32,000 nucleotides of DNA from assembly GCF_029232205.1 (NCBI RefSeq), contig NZ_CP107255.1:870001-902000 (forward strand), read 5' to 3'. The notes under the pieces were generated by a model. The model was not told where the DNA came from. It ran no database searches and saw nothing but the letters and a program-made list of their open reading frames with translations. The position numbers and the translations under genes were made by a program. This DNA is from Candidatus Saccharimonadota bacterium. Its GTDB lineage: Archaea; Nanohalarchaeota; Nanosalinia; Nanosalinales; Nanosalinaceae. This document shows positions 17,039-25,736 of the stretch, piece after piece (the first letter of the stretch is position 1; each line of letters begins with the position of its first letter).

Positions 17039-17472
17039 TTCAGGGCCTCCTCCGGTTCTCTTTTCAGTTCAATCATTGTTTCATCATCCAGCTTCTTGGT
17101 TTTACTGGTTACGTAGTGCTGGCCCCAGTTTTCATCCTCAAAAGTTTCTCCCTCAAAACTTCTCTCATCTCTGTACCGCGGAATTATATGGAAGTGGAAG
17201 TGCTGGCAGTCGTTTCCTAGTGTGGCCTGATTGTAGAAGTCTGGCTGGAAAAGATGGTCTAGAGCGTTCTCCAGTTCAGGCAGAACTTTATCGAAAAACT
17301 CGTTCCTCTCCTCCTCTGTCAGTTCGTTGAGATCCTCTACGTGCCGTTCAAGTTTGACAAGGCATCGACCCAAGTATTTCTGATCTTCAAACAACTGGAC
17401 CTCCCAGTTAGAATACTGCTTCACTATTTCATGCGCGAAATCTCCTCTACAGAACCCACATTCTTCACTCAT
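17035..17472 (-). CDS. HIT-family nucleotide hydrolase/transferase
   Basis: Histidine triad CQHFHFHIIPRY and N-terminal CGFC. 4-nt overlaps with both neighbours. Confidence 0.75.
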   Translation of the reverse strand: MSEECGFCRGDFAHEIVKQYSNWEVQLFEDQKYLGRCLVKLERHVEDLNELTEEERNEFFDKVLPELENALDHLFQPDFYNQATLGNDCQHFHFHIIPRYRDERSFEGETFEDENWGQHYVTSKTKKLDDETMIELKREPEEALK

Positions 17473-18299
17473 ACGAATGTGAATAGAAGTACCATGATTA
17501 TTAATCCTGCGAGGTTTCCACCAAGGAACTCAGGCCATCCAGTAGTATCGAGATCCTCTACCTCTTCAAAGGCCTCCTCCACAAACTCAGATAGCACCAG
17601 GTAGACCATTGCTCCTGCTGCAAAACCGTAACCTACAGGCAGGAAGACTCGGGCCTCAGTGACGAAGATGAAGGCCAGTACTGCCCCGATCGGCTGTGGG
17701 ACAGATGAGAAAATTGCTGCTCCCATTGTCTTCCAGTTTGATACCCCTGAGGCCTTGAAAGGTATGGAGATTGCAATTCCTTCAGGAATATTGTGGATTG
17801 AGATTGCTATTGTCATTGTGACTGCGATTGCCGGCACTGCAAGGCCGAAGATCGGTATTCCTGATTCAAGCCCCATTTCGGCGAAAGCGACGCCTATTGC
17901 TACTCCTTCTGGGAAGCTGTGTACTGTCAGTACTCCTAGAATTAGTATCATTTTCTTGTAGTCTGCTTCCTCGAATGTTCCTGGATCCAGGTCGATATCG
18001 TCGACTGCTCTTCTGGCACCGATTACAAGAAGGCCTCCAAGTAAAAGTCCGAAGCCTACGGCCAGGAATTCCGAATTATACAGAGGGTATTTCTGTGCGG
18101 CCGCAAGCCCTTCCGGTATGAGACCAAGGAAGGATGCTGAGAGCATTATTCCTGATGCCAGGCCCCAGAGGCCTACGAGTATTTTTTTGCTGAAGTCTTT
18201 GACAAAGAAGAATGGTATTGCTCCGATTCCTGTTGCGAGATCTGTTATCAGTCCGGCGACGAATACCAGTATTAAGGCCTCTGCGGTAACCATGCGCAA
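17469..18299 (-). CDS. ZIP-family divalent metal transporter (ZupT-like)
   Basis: HSFPEGVAIGVAF and HNIPEGIAISIPF signatures. About 8 TM segments. Confidence 0.8.
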   Translation of the reverse strand: MRMVTAEALILVFVAGLITDLATGIGAIPFFFVKDFSKKILVGLWGLASGIMLSASFLGLIPEGLAAAQKYPLYNSEFLAVGFGLLLGGLLVIGARRAVDDIDLDPGTFEEADYKKMILILGVLTVHSFPEGVAIGVAFAEMGLESGIPIFGLAVPAIAVTMTIAISIHNIPEGIAISIPFKASGVSNWKTMGAAIFSSVPQPIGAVLAFIFVTEARVFLPVGYGFAAGAMVYLVLSEFVEEAFEEVEDLDTTGWPEFLGGNLAGLIIMVLLFTFV

Positions 18300-18404
18300 A
18301 TTTGTGAGTTGTAGGTTTAAGACCTTTTTGAGAAAAGAAAAGTTTAGGCCAGCCTAAAAATAGATTAGCTGGTTTAGAGAAAGGAAAAAGCTGTTGAGGC
18401 CTTT

Positions 18405-18806
18405 TTACAGCCTTTTCTGGATTTCTTCCGCTACTTCTTCGCCTTCGTCAAGCTCTGTTCTGTTGTATGTGATGTCTAGTTCATTTCCTTCGTAGATTGG
18501 CGTGATGTGGAAGTGGAGATGGAAGACTTCCTGACCTGCTTTTTCTCCGTTGTTCTGAGCGATGTTTACTCCTTCAGCGTCGAAGGCCTCTTTTACTGCA
18601 TTTGATACTTCTACCAGGCCATCGAATAGATAGTTCATGCCCTCTGCTTCGTGAATGTTTTCTACGTGCTTCTTCGGTACTACGAGTGTGTGGCCTTTGG
18701 ATACAGGGTTGACGTCGAGGAATGCGATCATTTTGTCGTCTTCGTATACTTTGTGCGAAGGTATTTCTCCCTCGATTATTTTGCAGAAGATGCAGTCGTC
18801 TGTCAT
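18405..18806 (-). CDS. HIT-family protein (Hint-like)
   Basis: CIFCKIIEGEIPSHKVYEDDKMIAFLDVNPVSKGHTLVVPKKH...QEVFHLHFHITP. Confidence 0.85.
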   Translation of the reverse strand: MTDDCIFCKIIEGEIPSHKVYEDDKMIAFLDVNPVSKGHTLVVPKKHVENIHEAEGMNYLFDGLVEVSNAVKEAFDAEGVNIAQNNGEKAGQEVFHLHFHITPIYEGNELDITYNRTELDEGEEVAEEIQKRL

Positions 18807-18904
18807 AACTGTTTATTGGCGTTTCTGGCTTATTGATGTTTTCGGCAAACCGCACCTAGAGTACCCTTAAAAGTGTTAACCCCGTCTATTAGAATACGGA
18901 TTAA

Positions 18905-18979
18905 GCGGCAGTAGTGTAGTCTGGCCAATCATCTCGGCCTTTCGAGCCGAAGACCCGGGTTCAAATCCCGGCCGCCGCA
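18905..18979 (+). tRNA. tRNA-Glu(UUC)
   Basis: GCGGCAG...CCGCCGC acceptor with one A6.C67 mismatch. GTGTAGTCTGGCCAATCAT D-arm typical of archaeal tRNA-Glu. Anticodon arm TCGGC-CTTTCGA-GCCGA. T-arm CCGGG-TTCAAAT-CCCGG. Confidence 0.85.
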
Positions 18980-19040
18980 TACTGATTTTACTTCTTCGCG
19001 GATTTGATATCTTCACAGGTAAGTAGAATATGAAGAAAAG

Positions 19041-19643
19041 TTAGTGGATGTCGTGGCCTCTGTCCCTGTCTCTCTTGTTGAGGGCTTCGTCCACGGACTG
19101 ATCCTGTGACTGTTCAGCTGACTGGATGATCTCATTTACTCTCTTGCTTCCTGAGTGATTTGCTTCCAGTTGTCCTCTGAAGAGGTCTCTTAGGTCGCTC
19201 CACTGTTCGTCTTTGATCATTTCCTGTACCTCTTCACGTTTCAAGGCATCTACAAGCTCTTCTCTATCCATATCTTCCAGTTCCTGGACAATTCCCTGAT
19301 CTTCCATCAAGTTCTGTTTTCTTTTGACTGCGATCAGGCCGTCGATGACTCTGAGTGCATCCATCATGTGTGCGTGCTCGTTGTGGTATACGCTCATTTC
19401 GTCCTCGATTGATGCAATTTCTTCAGCGAGTTCTTCCTGCATGAGTTCGTCTTCTGAAGATCTTAGTTTTTCGAATTTAGCCCTTCTTTTTTCCGCCAGG
19501 CCTTCGTGCTTGTCTCTTTTCAGTTCCATGTCGGCCTTGATCTCGGATCTTTCGTGTCTGAGCTCTTCAAGATCCATTTCCTCAATACTTATTTCCTCGT
19601 CATGTGAGAATTTGTCAACTATTCTGCTTAGTACGCTTACCAT
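19041..19643 (-). CDS. acidic coiled-coil protein, unknown function
   Basis: 200 aa of heptad-like E/K/R/L-rich helices. Any resemblance to ESCRT-III/PspA-type helical proteins is only impressionistic. Confidence 0.55.
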   Translation of the reverse strand: MVSVLSRIVDKFSHDEEISIEEMDLEELRHERSEIKADMELKRDKHEGLAEKRRAKFEKLRSSEDELMQEELAEEIASIEDEMSVYHNEHAHMMDALRVIDGLIAVKRKQNLMEDQGIVQELEDMDREELVDALKREEVQEMIKDEQWSDLRDLFRGQLEANHSGSKRVNEIIQSAEQSQDQSVDEALNKRDRDRGHDIH

Positions 19644-19678
19644 ACTGCCTATTTCTCAGGCCTTGTAAATAAGTTTTT

Positions 19679-20005
19679 TCAGTAGAGCTGGCGGTAGGAA
19701 CTCCATCTATACCTGAGAGTTTTGAAGCATTCATAGGCCTGATCCCCTACGTGGAAGAAAAGCCGCTTCCATTCGCCATCAGTCTTGATTCTGATATTTG
19801 GATAAATCGATCCTTCCTCGAACTCGAGATCCTCTATTTCATCGAAAGATACGTAATCAACCAGTTTCTGCTCTGAAAAGTTTTTGTCAATGTTTTCCCA
19901 GTCGTCTGATTCGCTTCTGCGTCTCTCAACATGGTTCTTTGTTACTGCTACCTCCCCCAGATCTGATCTGAACCTGTCTACGTTTTCCTCATCACTCTCC
20001 GACAT
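19679..20005 (-). CDS. hypothetical protein
   Basis: Start chosen at MSESDEEN (ATG at 20005), with GGAGG 9 nt upstream. The ORF-track start at 20083 would overlap the upstream gene by 92 nt. Confidence 0.5.
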   Translation of the reverse strand: MSESDEENVDRFRSDLGEVAVTKNHVERRRSESDDWENIDKNFSEQKLVDYVSFDEIEDLEFEEGSIYPNIRIKTDGEWKRLFFHVGDQAYECFKTLRYRWSSYRQLY

Positions 20006-20693
20006 ATTCTCCATCCTCCCTGCGGAAATCAGGTTCATCCATCTCTTCGTGGACATGTGCGACAAGGCCTGGCGTTCTTGCAATTATGAAGATGCCTTTA
20101 CCCAGTCTGTGATCCCATTCAAGGTCGCTCATTACTGCAGAAATAGCGCCATCAACATTCATTACCAGCGGAACTTTTTTCTCGGCGAAGACCTCTCTGA
20201 TCTCTTTCATTTTCTGGACTTTTTCTCCTGCAAGGCCTAATTCCTCAGCTTTAGAAAGTATTTTTTCAGCCCTAGGATCTTTGTCATCGTACACTTTGTG
20301 GCCTATCCCAGGAATATTATCTCCAGCCTCGAGATACCGATCTACTAATTCTTCAGCTGTTTCCTCGCTCTGCAGTATTTTCATGCATTCCTCTATTGCT
20401 CCTCCGTGTGCATCTCCTAGGGAAAGTATTCCTCCGGCCACTGAAGTATTCATTTCGTTGCCTCCACTCTGTACTGTTCTTGCGGAGACTGTGGAAGGGT
20501 TGCCTACTCCGTGATCGATCGATGATGATAGAATTGTGTTGAAAAGCTCTGATTCGGCCTCTGATGGTTTATCTCCTTTTAGAAGCAGCCAGATGGCGTC
20601 TGCGAAGTCCATGTCCATTACGTTTTGCAGGGCCTCTCCTCTGATTACTGCGTCCTCTCCCGAGGAGGAAATTGATGTTTTCCAGTCTGTCAT
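19992..20693 (-). CDS. ccl: citryl-CoA lyase-like short citrate-synthase-family protein
   Basis: About 233 aa, consisting only of a citrate-synthase catalytic core: LGDAHGGA, PGIGHKVYDDKDPRA, MNVDGAIS, IARTPGLVAHVHEE. The His/His/Asp triad context is conserved. An alternative TTG start lies at 20723. Confidence 0.65.
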   Translation of the reverse strand: MTDWKTSISSSGEDAVIRGEALQNVMDMDFADAIWLLLKGDKPSEAESELFNTILSSSIDHGVGNPSTVSARTVQSGGNEMNTSVAGGILSLGDAHGGAIEECMKILQSEETAEELVDRYLEAGDNIPGIGHKVYDDKDPRAEKILSKAEELGLAGEKVQKMKEIREVFAEKKVPLVMNVDGAISAVMSDLEWDHRLGKGIFIIARTPGLVAHVHEEMDEPDFRREDGEYVGE

Positions 20694-20735
20694 ATTGTTA
20701 GAAGTTGGATCTATGTTAATCAATTTACCGGAATC

Positions 20736-21158
20736 TCAGATGGTTTCGGAAAGTCTCTGCCGGTAGGTGTCGTCGCTGTTTTTGAGTTCATGTCTTTCCA
20801 TCATTTTGGCCCTTGCTGTGCGGGAGAGAAGGTTTTCTATCTCGTTATCCCACATTTTGTCCAGGTAGCTGGCAGGTTCTTCAATATCGCCGTCAGTTTC
20901 CTTGTAGAACATCAAAGTGAATTCGTCGGAGCTGTGGTCTTTGAACAGTTTGTAGCCTCTGCTGCCGAAATCGGCCTCAACTACTTCCTGTGATCCCTGT
21001 TCGCTGCGTGAGACAGAACCACCCTCGTCCAGATAGTCGAGTGCGTGTTGTTCGAAGAACTCGGTATCCCAAACTTCGGCGTAGTCAGTTCCGGAATCAA
21101 TTCTCCAGATTCTGTCACCTGCTTCATGGTACGTCGTCTTATCGATATCAAGAGCCAG
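20736..21158 (-). CDS. acidic hypothetical protein with no canonical start codon (possible CTG start, or a pseudogene)
   Basis: A 140-codon open frame reads (L)ALDIDKTTYHEAGDRIWRIDSGTDYAEVWDTEFFEQHALDYLDEGG...MMERHELKNSDDTYRQRLSETI*. A strong AAGGTGA lies 6 nt before CTG at 21156-21158. The first in-frame ATG leaves only 58 aa, so the ORF track missed it. Confidence 0.5.
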   Translation of the reverse strand: MALDIDKTTYHEAGDRIWRIDSGTDYAEVWDTEFFEQHALDYLDEGGSVSRSEQGSQEVVEADFGSRGYKLFKDHSSDEFTLMFYKETDGDIEEPASYLDKMWDNEIENLLSRTARAKMMERHELKNSDDTYRQRLSETI

Positions 21159-21230
21159 TAAAGTTCACCTTATACCAATAAATTACATACAAAACAGTAA
21201 ATAAATGACGAAAAAAGAAAGGAAGAAAAG

Positions 21231-22121
21231 TTAAACCAGATCCTGAAGGATTTCTCCTATCTCATGATGCACATCCGCCACGTGCGCACCAGCATCCTCC
21301 AAGGCCTTTTTCTTGTGAGATGGCTTCCCACGATCACCTCGAATGATTGCACCGGCGTGACCGTACTTCTTCTCAGGCATCGACTCCGTAAAACGGCCTG
21401 TAATATATGCAACCAGCGGCTTAGTGAACTCTTCTTTCTCAAGCAGTTCAGCGGCCTTTTCCTCATATGTTCCGCCTAGCTCCCCGAATAAAACCACGGC
21501 CTCGGTCTGGTCATCTTCTTCAAACATTTTCAGGGCGTCCTCAAATGTTGTTCCAGCAATAACATCCCCTCCCAGGCCCATAGCTGTAGAGACGCCGTAT
21601 CCTGCCTGTCTTACTACCCAGGATGTTTCTGTTGTCATTCCTCCTGACTTGGAGATAACTCCTATCTTGCCAGACTGATAGACTTTTTCTGGCTGGTTTC
21701 CGCCGATAGGCCCCAGTTTGCATTCGCCAGGAGTGATTATTCCTACTGATGTCGGGCCCACCATTGTTGCGTCTGCTTCCTCGACTTTCTGGTGAACTTT
21801 CCATGCATCGCGCGTTGGAATTCTCTCTGTGATCACGTTGAGAGTCTCTATACCATTTTCAAGCGCTTCAAGTATTGCATCTTTCGCTGCAAACGGCGGT
21901 ACGTAGATCAGCGAGGTGTTGATCTCTGGATGATTTTCCAGAGCCTCCGAGACTGTGTCATATACTGGTACGCCTGATACTTCCTGACCTCCTTTTCCAG
22001 GAGTTACTCCTGCGAGGACTTCGGTTCCGTATTCAAGTATGTCCGGTACTTTTTCAGAGGCCTCTCTGCCTGTAATTCCCTGTACGAGAACCTTTGTGTC
22101 TTCATCTATTACGATGCTCAT
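21231..22121 (-). CDS. succinyl-CoA synthetase alpha-like subunit, probably the citryl-CoA synthetase small subunit
   Basis: VLVQGITGREAS...GVTPGKGG (CoA-binding), SKSGGMTTE, and the phosphohistidine loop YGHAGAII. The assignment to citrate rather than succinate rests on the partner genes. Confidence 0.75.
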   Translation of the reverse strand: MSIVIDEDTKVLVQGITGREASEKVPDILEYGTEVLAGVTPGKGGQEVSGVPVYDTVSEALENHPEINTSLIYVPPFAAKDAILEALENGIETLNVITERIPTRDAWKVHQKVEEADATMVGPTSVGIITPGECKLGPIGGNQPEKVYQSGKIGVISKSGGMTTETSWVVRQAGYGVSTAMGLGGDVIAGTTFEDALKMFEEDDQTEAVVLFGELGGTYEEKAAELLEKEEFTKPLVAYITGRFTESMPEKKYGHAGAIIRGDRGKPSHKKKALEDAGAHVADVHHEIGEILQDLV

Positions 22122-22747
22122 TTTTTCACCTCTTGGAGTGCTCTGGAAACGTTTTCATAATTTATTTTTTCGATTTGTAGGCCTTCTGTGGATGAGCCAA
22201 AGCTGTGGAACTGTTTTACCCATACAAAGTTCATTCCTACTTTTTCTGCGGCCTTGTCTCGGTCTACATAGTTGCCGAAGTATGTCATCTGCTCTGGAGG
22301 TTCTTCTCTCTGTTCTACAAAGGTTTCGAATATTTTTCTGTCAGGTTTTTCAACTCCTACTTCTGCGGAGACCACAAATCCTTCGTATTCAAGGCCTGAT
22401 TCGCGGAAGTTTTCTGCGTAGAATTTTTTGGCTGGTGCGGAGTTGTCGCTGATGAATCCGATCGGGCCGTACTCCCTGTTTATCTTTTTCAGTTTTGGAA
22501 TCATTTTCTCTTGAAGGTACTGTGTCTTCCATTCCAGGTATTCTTCTGTAATCTCTTTGCCTGACCCTTCGAGGTTGTTTTCCTCCAGCCATTGATCCAT
22601 TTCTTCAGGTACGTAGACGTTGTACTTGTTGATATCCATCTGCGGGGCGTCTCCAATCACTTCCTGTATTAACTCATTTATCTTTGAGTGCGAAGGCACC
22701 AGAGTATCGCCAATATCGAATACTGCAATCTCACTCATCTCTACCAC
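22118..22747 (-). CDS. HAD-superfamily hydrolase
   Basis: Motif I AVFDIGDTL, motif II GFISDNS, motif IV GNYVDRD. It overlaps both flanking CoA-ligase subunit genes, by 4 nt and by 8-17 nt. Confidence 0.65.
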   Translation of the reverse strand: MVEMSEIAVFDIGDTLVPSHSKINELIQEVIGDAPQMDINKYNVYVPEEMDQWLEENNLEGSGKEITEEYLEWKTQYLQEKMIPKLKKINREYGPIGFISDNSAPAKKFYAENFRESGLEYEGFVVSAEVGVEKPDRKIFETFVEQREEPPEQMTYFGNYVDRDKAAEKVGMNFVWVKQFHSFGSSTEGLQIEKINYENVSRALQEVKK

Positions 22748-23879
22748 CTTTGAACTCTTCTACCATGTCCATCAGTGTTTCTGCAGTTTTGGTCATCGGC
22801 GTATCGTTTCTGTAAAGTTTCATGTTTAGATCAAGTTCTTCTTTCTTCTCTCTAAGTAGTTCAAAGGCCTCATCTGCGTGAGGTCCATCTCTTCTGATTA
22901 CTATAGGATATTCAGGCCTTTCCTCTTCCAGAGCCTGTATAAATCCTTTCATTGTTCTCAGTATATCTGTATTGTTGGCTGTTCCTCCTACATGCCAGAG
23001 GCCGTTCAGCTCTTTCGACATTATTACCTTGGAAAGCCTGTATACTTTTTCTGTCGGTGGATTGCCTCCGTACTCCGTGTAATTTGCAGGTTCACCACCG
23101 TATTCTATCAGCGCATCCATGTTTGTGAGTGATGCTCCGCCCCCGGCCAGCATCATGCCGATGTCTCCATCAAGTTCTGTGTATTTTCCTGCCACCCCTC
23201 TGTGGTCGTCCTCATCGATTTTTTCGGCTCTGAGCTCTCTTTCCGTCTTTTCTCGGCCTAGATCAGATCTTTCAGGCAGATCTCTGGAGTGTCGGTATTT
23301 TGCGTCGTCATCCAGATCCATCATCGCATCCAGAACAACATAACCTTCCTCGGTTTTTGCCAGAGGATTGACCTCCAGAAGCCTTGCATCTTCCTCCAGG
23401 AAGGTCTTGAAAAGCTTCTGCAGTGCGATTCCAAGTTTTACTATTTCCTTTCCCTCAAAACCCTGCTCCTTCAGAAACTGTCGGAAACGGAACTGTGAGC
23501 TATCTTTCAGAGCCAGTTTTGCGGCCTCTCTGTCTTCAATTCCTGTTCCTCCTGACCGGGAGAAAATCATAGCTGGTTTGCGAGTATCTGTGTCGTACAT
23601 GAATGATACGTAGTATTCCTCTGTGAAATCTAGTTGTTCTTCCACTAGAACGTTTTTGACTTCTTCAGAGTCGATTCGGCCTCCGATCATCTCCTGTTTC
23701 TCGGCCTCGGCCTCCTTCCTGTTTTTTGCAAACCTGATTCCGCCTTTCTCCTTTCTGTTGTTGGCAAGTACCTGGGCCTTGACAACGTACTCTTTGTCGT
23801 CTTCATGAAGGCCTTTTTCCGGTGTTTTCAGGCCGTGTTTTTCTATTATCTCCTTGGCTTCCTGTTCGTGGAGTTTCAC
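22731..23879 (-). CDS. ATP-grasp CoA-ligase beta-like subunit with ATP-citrate-lyase-type motifs (citryl-CoA synthetase large subunit-like)
   Basis: GTG start, (M)KLHEQEAKEII. MLAGGGASLTNMD, PANYTEYGGNP, GGTANNTDI and IRRDGP resemble ACLY (VAGGGASVVYSD, ANYGEYSGAP, GGSIANFTNV, VRRGGP). They do not resemble SucC (VNGAGLAM, ANFLDVGGGA, GGIVRCD, VRLEGN). Confidence 0.65.
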   Translation of the reverse strand: MKLHEQEAKEIIEKHGLKTPEKGLHEDDKEYVVKAQVLANNRKEKGGIRFAKNRKEAEAEKQEMIGGRIDSEEVKNVLVEEQLDFTEEYYVSFMYDTDTRKPAMIFSRSGGTGIEDREAAKLALKDSSQFRFRQFLKEQGFEGKEIVKLGIALQKLFKTFLEEDARLLEVNPLAKTEEGYVVLDAMMDLDDDAKYRHSRDLPERSDLGREKTERELRAEKIDEDDHRGVAGKYTELDGDIGMMLAGGGASLTNMDALIEYGGEPANYTEYGGNPPTEKVYRLSKVIMSKELNGLWHVGGTANNTDILRTMKGFIQALEEERPEYPIVIRRDGPHADEAFELLREKKEELDLNMKLYRNDTPMTKTAETLMDMVEEFKGGRDE

Positions 23880-23941
23880 AGCAAGCTAATTTCTCTGCAA
23901 TAATTTAAGATTGTGCTCAGGTTTTCCTTTGTAGGAGTATA

Positions 23942-24436
23942 ATGTTTTCAGAAGTTGCTGTTGACAGCCAGGTTGAGGCCGAAGGGAAAGAGCTTTACAG
24001 AAGAGATTATCCTGATGTTGCGGAAGATATCGCGAATAGTTATGGTACTAGGCCTAGATACAGTACTGCTTTCGGGGAAGATCACCTGACAGTTTTCAGA
24101 GGAGATACAGAGGAAGTTTTCCAGGATTTACTTGAGGATGGAGATCTGGTGAGAGATTTCCCTATCTACTTTACGGATTCAGAGGATGCCGCTGAAGTGT
24201 ATGCTGACAGAAAGTTCGATGACTCCGGCAGACTGGTTCTTGAGATAGAAGTTCCTTACGAGGATGTGGAGATTCTGGACAGCGAACAAAGCGATATCGA
24301 ACAGGGGGATGTCGAAGTTGAGCCTGGAAAACTGTATTATGTAGGCTCTAATATGGCTCCAGGCCCTACCGAAAGAGAAATGGAGTTTGTAGGCACAGAG
24401 ATCCCTGAGGAATGGTACTCTGTCAGACAGCTATGA
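23942..24436 (+). CDS. acidic hypothetical protein
   Basis: 164-aa ORF. AGGAG lies 5 nt before the ATG. Confidence 0.6.
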   Translation: MFSEVAVDSQVEAEGKELYRRDYPDVAEDIANSYGTRPRYSTAFGEDHLTVFRGDTEEVFQDLLEDGDLVRDFPIYFTDSEDAAEVYADRKFDDSGRLVLEIEVPYEDVEILDSEQSDIEQGDVEVEPGKLYYVGSNMAPGPTEREMEFVGTEIPEEWYSVRQL

Positions 24437-24471
24437 CAAGTTATTTATCGTAGAGAATTTCTTTGGAAACT

Positions 24472-24990
24472 ATGGTATACACGGGGAGAGGCGATAGAGG
24501 CCGCACCGATCTTTCTTCTGGAGAAAGAGTTTCGAAAAGCAGTGAGAGAATAGAGGCCTACGGAACAGTAGATGAACTAAACTCTCTGACAGGTCTCTGC
24601 AGAACATACACTGATGAAAAAGGCGGGGAACTCGAAGAAGTTCAGAACGAACTCCATATTCTACAGGCCGAGCTAGCAAACCGTGAACCTGACACAAAAG
24701 TTACAGAGGAAAATATTGACAGACTGGAAGAACTCTGCGACAAATACCAGGAGGCCTGTCCACCGCTAAGAAGTTTTGTACTGGCAGGAGGAACAAAAAG
24801 CGCGGCACACCTGCATCAGGCCCGTTCAGTTGCAAGAAGAGCTGAAAGAAGAATTGTAGAACTTGATCAAGACGTAGAATTAAGAGAAGAAGTTCTAGCC
24901 TACATTAACCGTTTAAGCGATCTCTTCTTCCTCATGGCCCGGCATGAAAACTTCCTGGAAGATGTGGAAGAGAAAAGCCCGAAATACTAG
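24472..24990 (+). CDS. ATP:cob(I)alamin adenosyltransferase, PduO type
   Basis: MVYTGRGDRGRTDL...ERIEAYGTVDELNSLTGL...FVLAGGTKSAAHLHQARSVARRAER. The ATG at 24472 is preferred over the TTG at 24463. Confidence 0.85.
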   Translation: MVYTGRGDRGRTDLSSGERVSKSSERIEAYGTVDELNSLTGLCRTYTDEKGGELEEVQNELHILQAELANREPDTKVTEENIDRLEELCDKYQEACPPLRSFVLAGGTKSAAHLHQARSVARRAERRIVELDQDVELREEVLAYINRLSDLFFLMARHENFLEDVEEKSPKY

Positions 24991-25736
24991 AGCTTTCTAT
25001 TCCACTCATCTGTTGAAAACTTCTTCTCAGCCAGCTCTCTGGCCTCCTCCAGTTCTTCATCCGTCAGAGAACTCTCCTCACGTTCTTTATCCTCTGTAAA
25101 CTTCTCTATCAAGGCCTCAATTACTTCTTCACGAGAATGATCTGCGTGATCAGATATACGTGATACTCTTTGCTCTGCTGACTTGACGGCTTTGTCAGAT
25201 ACTTTTTCCTTTCCGATACGGAGCACTCTCAGCATTTCGGCCGTATCTAGATCGTAGCTCATAGTCGTGTGGTGAAGAACCGCGTTGTCTTTTCTCAACT
25301 GGGCTGCTCCGCCAAGCTTCCCATCCGGATGCTCGATATCATTCATAGGAGCATAACTTGCGTCTACTCCCAGAGATTTCAGGGCCTCTACTGCGAAAGA
25401 ATCAAGCTCCTGATAGCTTCTCTCAATATCGTCATGAACCTCGTCAACCGGCAGATAGATCGAGTACGTGATCACGTTACCTGGCTCACAGAACATTGCT
25501 CCGCCACCAGTAACCCTTCTGACAACCTCAATATCTTTCTCCTTAGCGTAGTCGTGCTCAACCTCATCTTCGTAGGCCTGGAAACGGCCCATCGGCACAC
25601 TCGGATTCTTCCGGTACCAAAAACGTAGCGTAGGCCTTAACTCGCCCTCATTCATTTTTTCTGTCAGTACCTCATCTATTGCGTGATGCATTGCCTCAGA
25701 GTGCTCTCCCTTATTTATAATCCGCCATTTACTCAC
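24987..25736 (-). CDS. lplA: lipoate-protein ligase A, catalytic (N-terminal) domain protein
   Basis: RRVTGGGAMFCEPGN and DGKLGGAAQLRKD, the latter carrying the catalytic Lys. GTG at 25736 is preceded by AGGTGA with a 5-nt spacer. Confidence 0.8.
   Translation of the reverse strand: MSKWRIINKGEHSEAMHHAIDEVLTEKMNEGELRPTLRFWYRKNPSVPMGRFQAYEDEVEHDYAKEKDIEVVRRVTGGGAMFCEPGNVITYSIYLPVDEVHDDIERSYQELDSFAVEALKSLGVDASYAPMNDIEHPDGKLGGAAQLRKDNAVLHHTTMSYDLDTAEMLRVLRIGKEKVSDKAVKSAEQRVSRISDHADHSREEVIEALIEKFTEDKEREESSLTDEELEEARELAEKKFSTDEWNRKL

Noticed and set aside
19041-19643. ESCRT-III/Snf7 or PspA-like identity for the 200-aa coiled-coil protein
   Set aside because: Only generic heptad character and one ...AVKRKQNL... 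stretch resemble Snf7. There is no basic N-terminus or other diagnostic feature I can verify by eye.
23942-24436. Possible mini ADP-ribosyltransferase (R-S-E-like pattern: TVFRG, YFTDS, EREME)
   Set aside because: The motif spacing does not fit known R-S-E ARTs well. In a proteome this rich in D/E, an ExE-like triplet arises easily by chance. The gene is kept as a hypothetical protein only.
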